A stretch of 64,000 nt of DNA from positions 79,298,001-79,362,000 of the forward strand of contig OZ024741.1 in assembly GCA_964016885.1 (NCBI GenBank). The letters run 5' to 3'. The notes beneath the pieces were generated by a model. The model saw nothing but the letters and a program-made list of their open reading frames with translations, searched no databases and was not told where the DNA came from. This stretch comes from Eledone cirrhosa (lineage: Eukaryota). A program made the position numbers and the translations under genes. Shown one piece after another: positions 30,961 through 44,215 of this stretch (position 1 is its first letter; each line of letters begins with the position of its first letter).

Positions 30961-32658
30961 GGGTTGGTCGGAAGAGGGGAGATGTGGGGGGCTCGCGCAA
31001 CAGGAAGTGGTCAGAGGGTCAAGGCAGGAGGAGGGTTGTGTGTCTGTGTGTGCGGAGAGGTCGTCAGAAGGTCAAGGCATAGCAGCTGTAGGGGAGCATG
31101 GCAGTTGGAGAAAGTCGGTGTGTCAGTGTGTGCGGAGGTGCGGTGGACAGGGGAGAGGATGGGTAGGTGTGAAAGGTGGAGTGGGGAGGGGTTGTATTAG
31201 TAGAGGTGTTAGTGGGATGTGTGAGTGTGAAGGCGTGTGGGTGGAGCGGGGAGAGGGAGAAGGAGAGAAAGGTGTGGAGGCCGTGGAGGGAGTGGAGTGT
31301 ACTGGTGTGTGCGTGCGTGTTTGGATGAGTGTGTGTGTGTGGTGAAGGGGGTGTTAGTGGGTGTTAGTATACTGGTGGTGGGGAAAGGGTTGAATGCGGG
31401 TGTGTTAGTGGGGGTCAGTGGTGGTAGGGTGTGTAGAGTGGGTGATGTAAGTGGGTGTGGGTGGGTGTGTGTGTTCGTGTGCGTGGGTCGGGGTGGGGGG
31501 TGTTAGTGGTATTAGTTGTGGGGTGGTGGGAGTGGATGTATGGGTGAGGGTTAGTGGTGGTAGTAGGGTGTGTGGTTAGTGTGAGTGCGTGTATATATAT
31601 GTTGCGGTGGGTGTGTGCGTGATAGGCGGAGGGGGGGGGGGGGGGGGGTGTTAGTATTGTTAGTTGGGGAAGTGTGGTCGGGGGTAGGGTGGGGGTGTTA
31701 GTATTGTTAGTTGTGGGGTGGGCGGTGAAAAAGAGGAGTGTCTTAGTGGTGTTAGTGGGGGATATGTGTGTGTGTGTGGGGGGGGGGGGGGTCGAAGGCT
31801 AAAGGAATAGGGGTGGGGAGTTCAGGCCGGGGGGCGTGTGGGATGTAGGGTGAAGATGGTGCGTAGTTCGACCCTGTGGAGGGTGGCGGGTGTTCCGTGG
31901 CATTGGAGTAGGCCACAGACTATATATATATATATATATATATTATTGCTCATGTACATGTCATTTTACTTCTTTTTTTTAATGCGGTCTGTTAGTATTA
32001 AGAGATATTTTTCCAGAAGAGATTTTGATGATAAATCGATGAATAATATATATGATTATCATATTACTACAATTATTTTACCATTTATTTTGTATTAATT
32101 CTAAATTTATCCTTATTAATCAAAACAATTGTAGAAACATAAATGATTAAAATTGAATTATATATTTGGTTACTTCTCTTTAAACAATATTTTATGTTCT
32201 GTCATGCTGCTTATCGTCAATTGTTCGTATTTTATCCCATGGATAGTAACACTGGATTCATTTGACTTGCTTAATTGCTGATGATTATAACACATTGAGC
32301 GTCTTCTTATCATGATAAATATTACTTACTTTATTTCCCGGCATCGAAGACGCTACTTTTTTCCTAAAACAAGTCTCAAAAATCTACCATGCGTCCTGGA
32401 GGCCGAAGGTTGTTAAAATTAGGGTGCCTTCTCAAGGACGAAACGTCTTCGGCGCCGGGAAATAAGGTAAATGGACACCTCCATTTATAAAATGTCATGC
32501 AGTAATAATAAATACAAAGACCAAAATCCACTGAAGGCACGGTAAGACTTGACATACATATAGCATATATACACACGTAGAGCAAGTATCTTTTATTAAC
32601 ACAGATTAAAATTTTAAGCAAACAATTTTTGCTTTCATCTTAATGCGGGATCTTCTAT

Positions 32659-32886
<228 letters not shown>

Positions 32887-32983
32887 TTCTTTAATTTCTT
32901 TAGTCAAAATACGGCGATAGCTTACATTTATAATAATTTCAAACCCGCTCGCTGTTTCGAAAATATTCTTACATATATATAAG

Positions 32984-33173
32984 GGCGGTGGATTGGCAGT
33001 ATCCGTAGAGGGTTGGACGCCATGCTTTGCAGCATGGAGTTACGGGCCTTTATGATCTGAGTTCAAATCCTGCCGAGGTTAACTTTGCCTTTCATCCTTA
33101 CGGGGTCGATAAAATAAAGTACCAGTAACGCACTGGGATAATTGCTGGCCTTGTGCCAAAAGTAGAAACAATT
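32984..33173 (+). mobile_element. tRNA-type SINE, full length with TSD
   Basis: A and B boxes; ATTCTTACATATATAT on both sides. Confidence 0.85.
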
Positions 33174-33175
33174 CT

Positions 33176-33233
<58 letters not shown>

Positions 33234-33237
<4 letters not shown>

Positions 33238-33436
33238 CGAGTAGTAGGACCCCGACGGCTGAGCTCAAGCCGTTTCGACGACTAATTCTGTCCAGAATTA
33301 GCCGTCGAAACGGCTTGAGCTCCGCCGTCGGGGTCCTACTCGTTCCTATTACCCACTCTACTACCCTAAGTATATTGAGTACTTTGGTGCATCTGGTTCT
33401 TTGGTTCATCTGGTTCCTTACCACATTTCCTTCGTT
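33234..33436 (+). mobile_element. Truncated fold-back copy of the HHR family at 39301-40154 (another fragment at 3596-3740)
   Basis: GACCCCGACGGCTGAGCTCAAGCCGTTTCGAC mirrored around 33290; shared tail ACTCTACTACCCTAAGTAT...CCTTACCACA. Confidence 0.75.
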
Positions 33437-33443
33437 ATATATA

Positions 33444-33646
33444 GTGAGAAAAACCACAGACCCTCCATCTCAACTCACCTTTTGAAAAGCAGAAGAACTG
33501 CGAAACCGGTAAAGGAACCAAATAAATATATATATTTAAAAAAAAAATAAGACTCCAGTTGCATTTTCGATTTCATCTCTTTTTCTTTATTCTTTCACTC
33601 GTGTAGGACACCTCGGTTATTTTTCAATTTGTAAAAAAAACCTCAC

Positions 33647-33653
<7 letters not shown>
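33444..33653 (+). mobile_element. Solo PLE 3' repeat (third copy)
   Basis: Matches 2910-3115 and 7310-7517; followed by (TA)n. Confidence 0.75.
33478..33515 (+). ncRNA. Minimal type I hammerhead ribozyme, U3-A8 variant, all stems perfect
   Basis: cctt TTGAAAA gcag-aagaa-ctgc GAAA CCGG TA aagg. Confidence 0.78.
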
Positions 33654-33731
<78 letters not shown>

Positions 33732-34349
33732 GATGAAAAACTCAGAGCTGTACGGACGGGAGCCTCCCAAGAGTCAGCTCAAAAGTGACACGGAGGAGAT
33801 TGAGGTTAGCTGATCAGGTTGGGTCAAGGCCTCAAATGCGTTGTCTCATGCAACACTGTGTGCACCATCTGTGCAGCGGCGCGTCGGTGGACGGATTGGG
33901 GGGGGGGGTACTCATCAAGTATATGCATCCGGTGTGGGAGCACGCGGGTGCGTGTATGCATGTGTGCCCACACAGACATGCATGGGTCGATGTATTTGTC
34001 TGAGTGTGTATGCGTGGGGGTACGGATGACTTTCCATGGATTTTTCTTTTCCCATCTGCCTATATATATGTGGGCGGCGTCTTCGGCTACGCACGCTCCC
34101 CTGAGTCCAGTGTGTGAGTGTAGAATTGTGTCTATTTGTTGAAAACACCTTTCATATAGCCCTTCCGTTTGAATGGCTGTTGAAAGCTTTCTTTTTAAAA
34201 ACATTCTTGCTACAGGTTCTTTCTTTTTCTTTTTCCTTTTCTTTTTGAAATATGTATGGCGGAGTGTATCTTAAAGCTGTGTCCTACAAATGTTACGCTA
34301 AATATCCCCATGATTTGTTGTTGTTTTTAAATTCCCGCAAAACATTATT

Positions 34350-35330
34350 TATAATGAATGCTGCATACAGCATATTTGCGGGTAAGTACCTGACCGATGT
34401 AGACTAAGGCGCCTAGGGGCAATGAAGACGACGAAGTGATGCCAGCCGTTCAAGATTACAGCCCCTCTCCCACCACAGTAGTAATTATGATACATGTAGA
34501 AATTTTGATTGACAGGTGGAGAACGAGAGGAAGCAAGAAGTGGGCAACCATGAGTGGCTAGAAATACCGATGACGTGTACAATTCTTGACCACTCATAGA
34601 ATGACAACAACTGGATCTAAATCAACAAACGAAGAATTTGAATGTTAAAGGACTATAGGAAAATCTGCTTCGTAGAATCGAAAAGTATCTGACGACCATG
34701 TTGATTTCAGAGTCAGGTGTGATCACCATATCGATCGTGACTCGAGCTGGTCGCCCGAGAAACATTTGTAATATGTCCAATAAATTCCTTTCGTCGCAAC
34801 ACTGATTCTCTTTTTGCTGTGATATATATATATATATATATAAATTAGCGAGAATGGCATTTCCGCTAGTGGAAATTAGCGAAAAACAACTTCGCTGGAG
34901 CATATCTCTTGCATTGGAGATGTCAAGATTTACAAAATCTTGTTTTTTGTCCACTGTTTCAGCGAAAGACTTTTTTTTGTGTGGTGTTGCTGTTGTTTTT
35001 GTTGTTATTGTTGTTAGCCTGGATGTTGGACATCTCAATTCCTTGACGAGCTGAAACTTTATGTGTAGATGTATCTGTGGAGTTGTTGATATTGTCTTTT
35101 TCATGTGTATGTATATTAATAGGTTTAATTCCTGTATGCTGTGTGTTATTTTTCTCCGCTTCGACGGTAGAAATTTTAAAATCTTCAAGTGGTATTTTTT
35201 TCTCTTTGTTGACAGGCGTATCTATGGCGACGTCCATAGTAGCAGAAGAAGATATAACGTTAATATCTGCCTCTTTCCCTCTCTTTTCTCTGTCGACGTT
35301 ATCTAGAGTTCTTTCCGAGTTATTCATGTT
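34350..35330 (-). pseudogene. Possible degenerate LINE ORF1 (gag-like)
   Basis: Frameshifted ORFs 34959-35327 and 34622-35188 with a low-complexity N-terminus and KKSFAETV; no intact zinc knuckle. Confidence 0.3.
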
Positions 35331-35550
35331 TTATAGTTGGCAAAATTTGATTTTATAAAACAATTTTTAAATTAAATTTTCGCTGCTAAAGGGGCGAAAA
35401 ATGGGATTACCACCCAGCTGACAATTCAGTTTGGAGATTAATCTACAAAATAATATGTTTTTTCAAACAATTTGTTCTGTTTTTCGTATATAAATTTACA
35501 AAAAATCTTACCGGCGATGTTCCACGCGTCAGGCAGATAGATAGATAGAG

Positions 35551-35631
<81 letters not shown>

Positions 35632-35766
35632 TACAATTAGACCTCTAAGGATTTTTGTACAGATTGAAAACATGTATATATATAAATGTTATATATATAT
35701 ATATATAAAACATACATATATATATAAATCTTTCTATACACATGTACTTGCACACACATACAATCA

Positions 35767-35831
<65 letters not shown>

Positions 35832-35834
<3 letters not shown>

Positions 35835-36835
35835 TTAAAACAATGAAATAAAAATTCTAGTCATTAGAAATATACTTCACTGCTTTACGATCGTTTCTAG
35901 GTGATAATAATGCATCGTACGTATATTTCGTTATCGATCTATGTAGGGTTAGTTACAAAATATCAAATAAGGAATATATTTACCTACATGTATATCATCA
36001 GCCGTTGTCAAAAGCAATGAAAATTTTATTTAAAATAAATAGTAAATTGAGTTCTATGACCTTGTTTGGAGGTAGCTGAAGAACAAACTATTCAAATGTT
36101 TTTTTGCTATATGATGAGGTCATGACCCTTTGAAAGGAATGGTTGAATGGTGTTAAAAATAGAATTACTATAAAGAACCTATGAAGAAAAAGGAATTGTT
36201 ATATTGATAGTGGAATGTAGAAGGTGGAGTGAAGTTTAAAAAGGAATGTAAAAATTAAATGTTGGGTTGTGTTGTATGGAAATCTTAGGTGAATATAAAT
36301 AAGTAAATATAAAATATACAGAAATAACTAGTATAAATATAGATAGGTAAAGTAATGGTCATAACTAGGAAGGATATTATATTAAAAGATGAAAATTATA
36401 ATAAGATAATAAAATATAATAATATAATAATATAATATAATGTAATATAATGTAATATAATTGTTTCTACTTTTGGCACAAGGCCAGCAATTACCCAATG
36501 CATTACTGGTACTTTATTCTATCGACCCCGGAAGGATGAAAGGCAAAGTTAACAAAATATAATGTAATATAATATAGTAAAGTATGGTACATTGTATATA
36601 GTATAATATAGCGTATGATGCATCATAAAATATAAAATAGTAAATATTTTCAAGTCGGTCTATATATAAGTAATCAAACTCAGATAAATGTATGTTGACA
36701 TACAGTCAAAACGCGTAATTTTCTTAGATCACAAAAGTATATATTCACATATATAGATAGAGGTATAATTACTCCATTAAAAACATACATACGCATACTA
36801 GATATAAACATATACAAATACATACATACACGCAC

Positions 36836-36875
<40 letters not shown>

Positions 36876-36932
36876 TTATACATACATATATACATGTACA
36901 CACACATACATGTACATACACATATACACACA

Positions 36933-36965
<33 letters not shown>

Positions 36966-38395
36966 TCTCTTATCATACATACATAGATACGTGTAAATCC
37001 ATGCAATTATGGGTGGTTATGTACCTTGATGCCCTTAGTCAGTAACGCATGAATCAATGGAAGCTAAAAAATTAAAAGGTTAACAAATTTAAAAATAAAC
37101 AGGAAAGCGTATAATTAGGGGAAGGGGATATTAAAAAATGGTACGTCACATAGAACTATAGTGAGTTGCTATTTAGAATGTTTAATTAGATTTATAGTAC
37201 TTAAATGTTTTTGGTATACGGTGATTACAAGCTATAATCAGTTCCTGTCTTTTATTCAATAAATCATCCTTAGATTTAGTAATTTCCAAGATCTCCCCGG
37301 AACATAATCTGCATTCTCTCCTGTTCCCAAGATATGGAGCTCTTTGCAGAATGGTATTCCACGATAGCTTGAAATCTATTTTTTTCTTTTTATAGTTATT
37401 TACTGCTTTAGTTAAAGATGTGGTGTTAGCTAGTTTAGTATTGTAAAAGCTACTGGAGTATGCGTAATATCTTTTTTTAAATGTGTTCGATGTAGATCCT
37501 ATATATGATTTGTTGGAGTCAGTAGTAGACACAGTGCATTTATATATTACATTATTAATCAAACAGTTGCCATTTAAGGGGCAAACGCTTCTATTTCTGC
37601 AATTACAACCATACGTAAGATGGTTGTTGGGGGTACCTACATAATTCTCATTAATCCTTGAGCTATTCTTATTGTAATTAATGTTAGAGAGAGAATGAGT
37701 GCTGCTTTGTGGGTGATTTAGTGCTGGGGTTGTATTGTGATTTTGTGTTATGTTGTTTTGTGTTGGTGATTTGGGTGATTGTGTTTTCCAGGTTGAAGGA
37801 TTGTATTATTTGAACTTTTAAAAGGTGCTGTCTTATTTAAATTATGTTGTGGTGGTGTGGTCATATTATTTTTAAATTTATAAATGTTGTAGTTGCATAT
37901 TTTTTTGCTGGAGATTGTTTGAAGTAGAGTATGAGAATTTAACAGTATACCTGTTAAATATTTGGTGGTATCTGTGGTTTGATGGAAAATGTTTATGTAG
38001 AATTTCGAAGAATTTTGGGGGGATTTGTCCAATAGTTTGCAGGTTGAAGGGTGCGTTGTACCATGTTATGTTTCTTTTGCGGTTTTTAGTTAAGTTCTTA
38101 TTCACACTTATATTAATGTGCTGTGTTCTAGAAGAGTTCTTATGGTTAGTATTTGTATTTGTCGAATTTGGTAGATTGCATGGTTGTATTTGGTGTTATT
38201 ATTGGGTAGATTATGAGAGGGTGAATGTTTGGGAGTCATATGTGAGTTGTTAACATTGGTCATAAATCGTGTAGTAATAGTTGTTGTGGTTTTTCGGTTG
38301 TTTGGTGTGATAGGAATGACCCCATTAGGCATTTGTTTCGATGGTATTTTTTGGTATTTGTAGTTTTTGCTAGGTTTTGTAGTATGGTTCATAGT
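35832..38395 (-). mobile_element. 5'-truncated degenerate Penelope-like element (probably Hydra-type) between (TA)n tracts
   Basis: RKRNITWYNAPFN...HFPSNHRYHQIFNRYTVKFSYS (37878-38105); GCNCRNRSVCPLNGNCL then VIY...SYIG...CRLC...LLNKRQE (37182-37610); 3' boundary approximate. Confidence 0.8.
36457..36553 (-). mobile_element. tRNA-type SINE, 3' fragment
   Basis: Core and tail only. Confidence 0.75.
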
Positions 38396-38396
38396 A

Positions 38397-38468
<72 letters not shown>

Positions 38469-38596
38469 GGAAGTAGAAAATTGCTTATTGTAATCCAGTT
38501 CGTGGTTAAGACAGCCAGTTTCATGGACGGTTTCAACGTACGGTCAGGGGTAACTCCACAGGTTTGTAAGAATCACGTTCAATCTTGGAGTGTAAA

Positions 38597-38694
38597 GGAT
38601 AAAAGAGAAAACACAGGTAAGCATTAAAAAAAGGATTTTATACAGGTATTTACGACCGTTTCATTGGTAAGTGCAACCTTATATTGCTATACTG

Positions 38695-38739
<45 letters not shown>

Positions 38740-39214
38740 CCCTCTATCTCCCCTCTCTCTCTCTTTCTCTCCATCCCTCCCACTATAAACAATTTAATTC
38801 TCTTTAACTCACTACACTCTAAATCGACGACATCATGTCTACATATATCGAAACTGATCAAAGATTCCTTCCACCTCTACCCCTCCCTCCATCTCAGTTT
38901 GTCACCCTACTTCCTAATTCTTCTCCCCCCCCTTCCTCTCTCTCTATACTACTCCGTTTGTCCCTCCACTTTCTAATTCCTCTTCCTCTCTCTCTATACT
39001 AGCAAATACAATTCCAAAAAATATTTTTCTATTTATTAAGAACTTGTTAAGAGTAACTTATTCACTATTTTTAAAATTTGGACGTGTACAACAATTATTA
39101 TTTAGTGGCTGCTATTTGCAGTATAGCAATATAAGGTTGCACTTACCAATGAAACGGTCGTAAATACCTGGATAAAATCCTTTTTTTAATGCTTACCTGT
39201 GTTTTCTCTTTTAT

Positions 39215-39217
<3 letters not shown>
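38597..39217. repeat. ~100-bp inverted repeat pair (38597-38700 and 39113-39217)
   Basis: GGATAAAAGAGAAAACACAGG...TACTGCAAATA mirrored; right arm ends in (TA)n. Confidence 0.8.
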
Positions 39218-39300
<83 letters not shown>

Positions 39301-39302
<2 letters not shown>

Positions 39303-40151
39303 AACCAGTAAGACCCCGACGGCTGAGCTCAAGCCGTTTCGACGGCTAATTCTGGACTAAATGAAAATTTATCCTGGTATTTAAATAGCCGAGCTTCTCA
39401 AGGGGTAATTCCATATATGGTCAAAGTGATTGTCAAAAGTCAGTAGTAATTCTGTGATTGCATATTAGTAGGGGAGATGGTGGCTAAACCTGCCAGTAGG
39501 AGAAAAAGAGGAGGGGGTGGAGTAGACCCAATCATGCGTTGGTAGTGCCAGCTACAGCTGGGCATGAGGTCAAAGAAGATACTGTTGAGGGGGAGGGGGA
39601 GGAAGTCGGAACGGTAGGTAGAACAATGAGGGGTAAAAAATATATATATGAAAGAAAAAATACTGAGAGTGATGAAAAGCGAATAGGTGTAAAGAAAAGA
39701 GTAAAGCAAGTTCTACGACCTAAGTCTCTAGCTATTGTTAGGCTAGATAAATAAATAAATAAATAAATAAAGAAAGAAAGAAAGAAATAAAGAAAGAAAT
39801 AAAGAAATAACGAAATAAGTAAATAAACTAGGTGGGACGGAATAGGCAAGGACCCTTTTAAGAGGTATAAGTACGTAAATCATACGGTGACGGGTCAACA
39901 AATGGGGCCAAAATACTAAAGAAACTACCACGAAATAAATAATAAAGGTTTCTATCCCGGGCACAATGCCAGCAACCACCCAGTGCAGCAAAGTAAACTA
40001 GTACGAGATAATAATTCTGAGAATTAGCCGTCGAAACGGCTTGAGCTCAGCCGTCGGGGTCTTACTGGTTCCTATTACCCACTCTACTACCCTAAGTATT
40101 GAGTACTTTGGTGCGTTATGGTCCATCTGGTTCCTTACCACAATTCCTTCG

Positions 40152-40154
<3 letters not shown>
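39301..40154 (-). mobile_element. Non-coding HHR element with inverted 3' end, flanked by (TA)n on both sides
   Basis: 39301-39353 mirrors 40020-40072; complete HHR at 39313-39406. Confidence 0.75.
39313..39406 (-). ncRNA. Type I hammerhead ribozyme, U3-A8 variant with stable stem III
   Basis: acccc TTGAGAA gct-cggcta...tagccg-tc GAAAC GGCT-tgagctc-AGCC GTC ggggt. Confidence 0.8.
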
Positions 40155-40213
<59 letters not shown>

Positions 40214-40217
<4 letters not shown>

Positions 40218-40643
40218 CGTGAGTGTGAAAGACCAAAGGTCATTATTGGTGGTGGATTGGCAGTATCGGTAGAGGGTCGGACGCCGTGCTTTCCACCATA
40301 GTTACGTCCTTTTACGATCTGAGTTCAAATCCCGCCGAGGTTGACTTTGCCTTTCATCCTTACGGGGTCGATAAAATAAAGTACCAGTAATGCACTGGGT
40401 AATTGCTGGCCTTGTGCCTAAAGTAGAAACAATTATTGAAAGTCTCTGGATTTCGCAAAATACAAATTTTTATTGGAGAAGGTAAGATATTTTTCCGCAA
40501 AAAGTTGATTGCACTGTTTTGTTTCCACTTATGTATATTTTTAAAATGTTATCTATTCATTACAAACATTAACTGAGAGCATTCTATATGTAGGTGGGCC
40601 CCCTTCATCACCTGGCAAACAATATTTTTAGACCCAATCGCCA

Positions 40644-40646
<3 letters not shown>
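40214..40646 (+). mobile_element. hAT-like MITE right end interrupted by a SINE
   Basis: Matches 5401-5537 and 6813-7025; ends AATCGCCACTG. Confidence 0.6.
40249..40436 (+). mobile_element. tRNA-type SINE, full length
   Basis: GGTGGTGGATTGGCAGTATCGG...GAGTTCAAATCCCGCCGAGG...AGTAGAAACAATTATT. Confidence 0.85.
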
Positions 40647-40688
<42 letters not shown>

Positions 40689-41253
40689 GCCAATCATTGT
40701 AAGTTTGAATCTAACTGAAATGCAAAAATATATATATATGAATAAGGTAAACCAAAATCATAGTAGATTCAAATATCATTGATTACATATTAAAATATAG
40801 TCTAGATACATGAGAAACAAAACGAGGATATAGTTTATGGAACACCCAAGTGATTTAGAAATCGACCTTAAGTAGGAGCAAAAACATTAAGAAAGACATG
40901 AACGATACCACATCATTTTGTATTGAACATTTTGAAAGTAGGTTTATAATTATGAATTTTCTGTAGATTTTCGTAGTTATAGACGGTGGAGATCCTGACC
41001 TTGGGTTCAATCCTGATCGAGAGGTGCATGTAATCTTTTTCAGTTTTTATGTTACATCCCATAGAAAAAAACTGAAAAGGTTTACCGAGAACCCTACTCC
41101 CGACCAAGATCAACACCGTCTATGATTCCTCCAACTAGGAGCCAAAATAGCTACAAAAGTATAATCTAAACTATAATAAAGTAAGGGGTGCTGGACTGCG
41201 TCCAGAATATATTTTTTTGTTTTTTGGTAAAATAAGTTGGATTACTTTGAATA

Positions 41254-41446
41254 AATAATTGTTTCTACTTTTGGCACAAGGCCAGCAATTACCCAGTGCA
41301 TTACTGGTACTTTATTTTATCGACCCCGTAAGGATGAAAGGCAAAGTTAACCTCGGCGGGATTTGAACTCAGAATGGCAAGGGCCGTAACTCTATGCATC
41401 AAAGCATGGCATCCAACCCTCTACCGATACTGCCAATTCACCGCCC
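41254..41446 (-). mobile_element. tRNA-type SINE, full length with 18-bp TSD
   Basis: TTACTTTGAATAAATAAT at 41242-41259 and 41448-41465. Confidence 0.9.
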
Positions 41447-42495
41447 TTTACTTTGAATAAATAATGAATGAATATTACATGATTTATGCACTAAATTTCG
41501 TTATCCTTGATTAAATATAAATAATTTTGTTGCTAATTTTAAGATTCTCTTCTTTAAAATGTTCAACACTTCGGTTAGCGATCGCTTAAATAAGCATTCA
41601 TATATTTCCGTCACTAATTTTCTCCTAATGCAGTTTATATATATCATCTTTTTTTAATATATCATGGATTACGTTACTAATTACATAACACAGTGTAACG
41701 CAGACTTCGTTCAATTTCTGTGTATATTGTCAATTACGATTTTATTTGATATATTATATCTACATGCATATATACTTGCGTATAATGTCAATATTCACAC
41801 TAGACGTGCTAGCAGAAAACCACCCGAAGGGTGGTTTTTCTGCTAGTGAAAATTAATAATTATAAACCTACTTTCAAAATCAAAGTTTAAAAGATGTGGT
41901 GTGGATCATGGCTTTCCTAGAGTTATTAGTCATATTTAGGGTCGACTTGTCAATCGTCTGGCACTTTGGTAGTAACAACATTATTCCTACTCCATCCAAT
42001 GGAAAGCCATCACTAAGTCCAAGCCATACGCAAGGGGCAATCCGTTTTGTGGACTATGTATTAATGAACGGATATTATAAAGAGATTACGCAATAGTGAT
42101 TGCCTAAACTCAAGTAATGAATTCTTCACACGTTGTCCACATGTATGGAAACATCTGTTACATAACTACAAAGCTCCGAATTGAACAACAACAACATCCT
42201 AATTTTCTTATCAACTAGAAACTTTCGGACTTTCGCAGTTATCTCCCTTAGATCGCAGTTTTGTATTGCCTGGGTCAAGTGACCGTTCCTGCGCATGGAC
42301 GTTTTCATTGCACATTGCTCCAGATCACTCAACTGAAAAATAAAAATGTGTGCCAGTAGCAGCTGGAGGGTTAACCCCAGCAACAGACTAGCGTCAAGTC
42401 ACAGGGGGAGGGAGTCGTCTATGGTAGGGCTAAGGCCCTTTTCATTAAAACACCCAAAACGTTGTCCTTCCTGTTTCCTATAACCTTGTCCATTA

Positions 42496-42533
42496 CGAGC
42501 TGAAGATCCGATAAGGTAAAACAATTGTTCTCG
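42496..42533 (+). ncRNA. Degenerate hammerhead (G12 to A)
   Basis: cgag CTGAAGA t-cc-gataa-gg-t AAAAC AATT GTT ctcg. Confidence 0.55.
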
Positions 42534-42690
42534 ATTTGGTGAACTAACTGTTGTGTTAACACTTCTACCTAACTCGTCCCATGGACTGAGTGCTCTACCA
42601 CTACGGATATTACCTTCTAGTGTTCTACCTCTCTCTCTATATATATATATATCTATCTCTCTCTCTCTCTGTATATATATATATATATGT

Positions 42691-43696
42691 ATTAGCTGAG
42701 GTACCCGGTAATACCCGGGAGCGGGATTCCCATTAAAATGCCCAATGCCTCTCAGACCAAAAATGAAATCAAAATATAGGACAGATAATCAAAAACAAAG
42801 GCAAATTCATTTACGAAACAATAATACAAACAAATATTGTTGATTGCATTAGTCAGGCGAAAAAATGCTTGTCAGAGAAGTTGAGTATTGCTATAAGGAA
42901 AAAAATAGAACCGTGTGATAGGTTGAGAATTTTTTTTCAAGAGAAACTGAAGACTTACAATATCTGCTGGATTAGTAAGGCGACAAACTGTTGGTCAATG
43001 CTTAGCGTGAGAATGAACTATAGATTATTTCATCATATTTTGTCATTTACCTATGGTTTAAATTTCATATAAATCGAAGGGGGAAAATTTTTCAGCGGGG
43101 CTTTGTGCCTCCGGGGAACCCTAATGGGGGGTTTAACCCCCCATTAGGGTGTCTTAATATTATTGAAATTTGCTGAAATTTTGTGAATAGGCATCATATC
43201 TTGTCATCTACCTATAGTTTAAATATCACATAAATCGAAGGGAAAAAAATTTCAGCGGGGTTTTTGTGCCCTTTGATTAAAATGAAATATACTTATCCAA
43301 GTACCCTAGTTTCAGAATATATATGGTTATGGGGGTCTATCTACAAAACCATAGGAGGAGTTCGTGAAATGTTGTTGCATTTATTGGTCAACATTTTCAC
43401 TATAGGGGGTTTAACCCCCATTAGGGTGTCTTAATATAATTGAAATTTGCTGAATAGGCATCATATCTTGTCATCTACCTATGGTTTAAATTTCATATAA
43501 ATCGAAAGGGAAACGTTTTCAGCGGGGATTTGAGACCCCAGGGAACCCTTTGATTAAAATGAGATACGTAAGAAATCAAATAGGCATGAGCCCCACACAC
43601 GTGTCAAGTTTCATCCAGATCGGTTTGGTAGTTTTCGAGTTTTAGGTACACAAACAAACTCATACAGACAGAAATTGCCATTTATGTATATAGATA
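42691..43696 (+). mobile_element. Helentron-like non-autonomous element with internal subrepeats
   Basis: 5' ATTAGCTGAGGTACCCGGTAATACCCGGG; three related subrepeats at ~43030-43560; 3' AAGTTTCATCCAGATCGG...ACAGACAGA...TATATAGAT (similar end at 23300-23387). Confidence 0.55.
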
Positions 43697-43698
43697 TA

Positions 43699-43930
43699 CA
43701 GTGGTGGACTGGCCAGGTTGCTAGGTTACCCAATGGCAAGCGGTCCCCATGAGGCCCACGGTAGTATTGCACAGCCCACTATAGTATTTTAGGGGCCAAT
43801 GTTTTACTTTCAAAAAATACCTGAAATCTAAGAGAAAGAATAAATGAAATAAAACAATAAATAAAACAATTGAGCAAAGCATTTGGTCAACCAATTCCCC
43901 ATGGAATTAATAGAAACCAAAATATATGAT
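43699..43930 (+). mobile_element. hAT-like MITE left end
   Basis: CAGTGGTGGACTGGCCAGGTTGC... homologous to 3998-4240. Confidence 0.65.
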
Positions 43931-44079
43931 AGTGCAAATAGCTGGAATCTGTGGTTGTACATTCTACTAAATCTAAAGCTTAGTGTATTCATTCATGCAT
44001 GCAAACATACATATATAGACACATGCACACAAGCACACACAGACACACACACAGACACACACGCGCACACACGCGCACG

Positions 44080-44215
<136 letters not shown>

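Noticed and set aside
31490-31850. G-tract cluster as functional G-quadruplex or telomeric repeat
   Set aside because: Irregular GT-rich low complexity with no TTAGGG array; no evidence of function
39145-39170. GAAAC GGTC GTA half-hammerhead (similar at 35885-35897 minus)
   Set aside because: No CUGANGA or UUGANAA module found upstream
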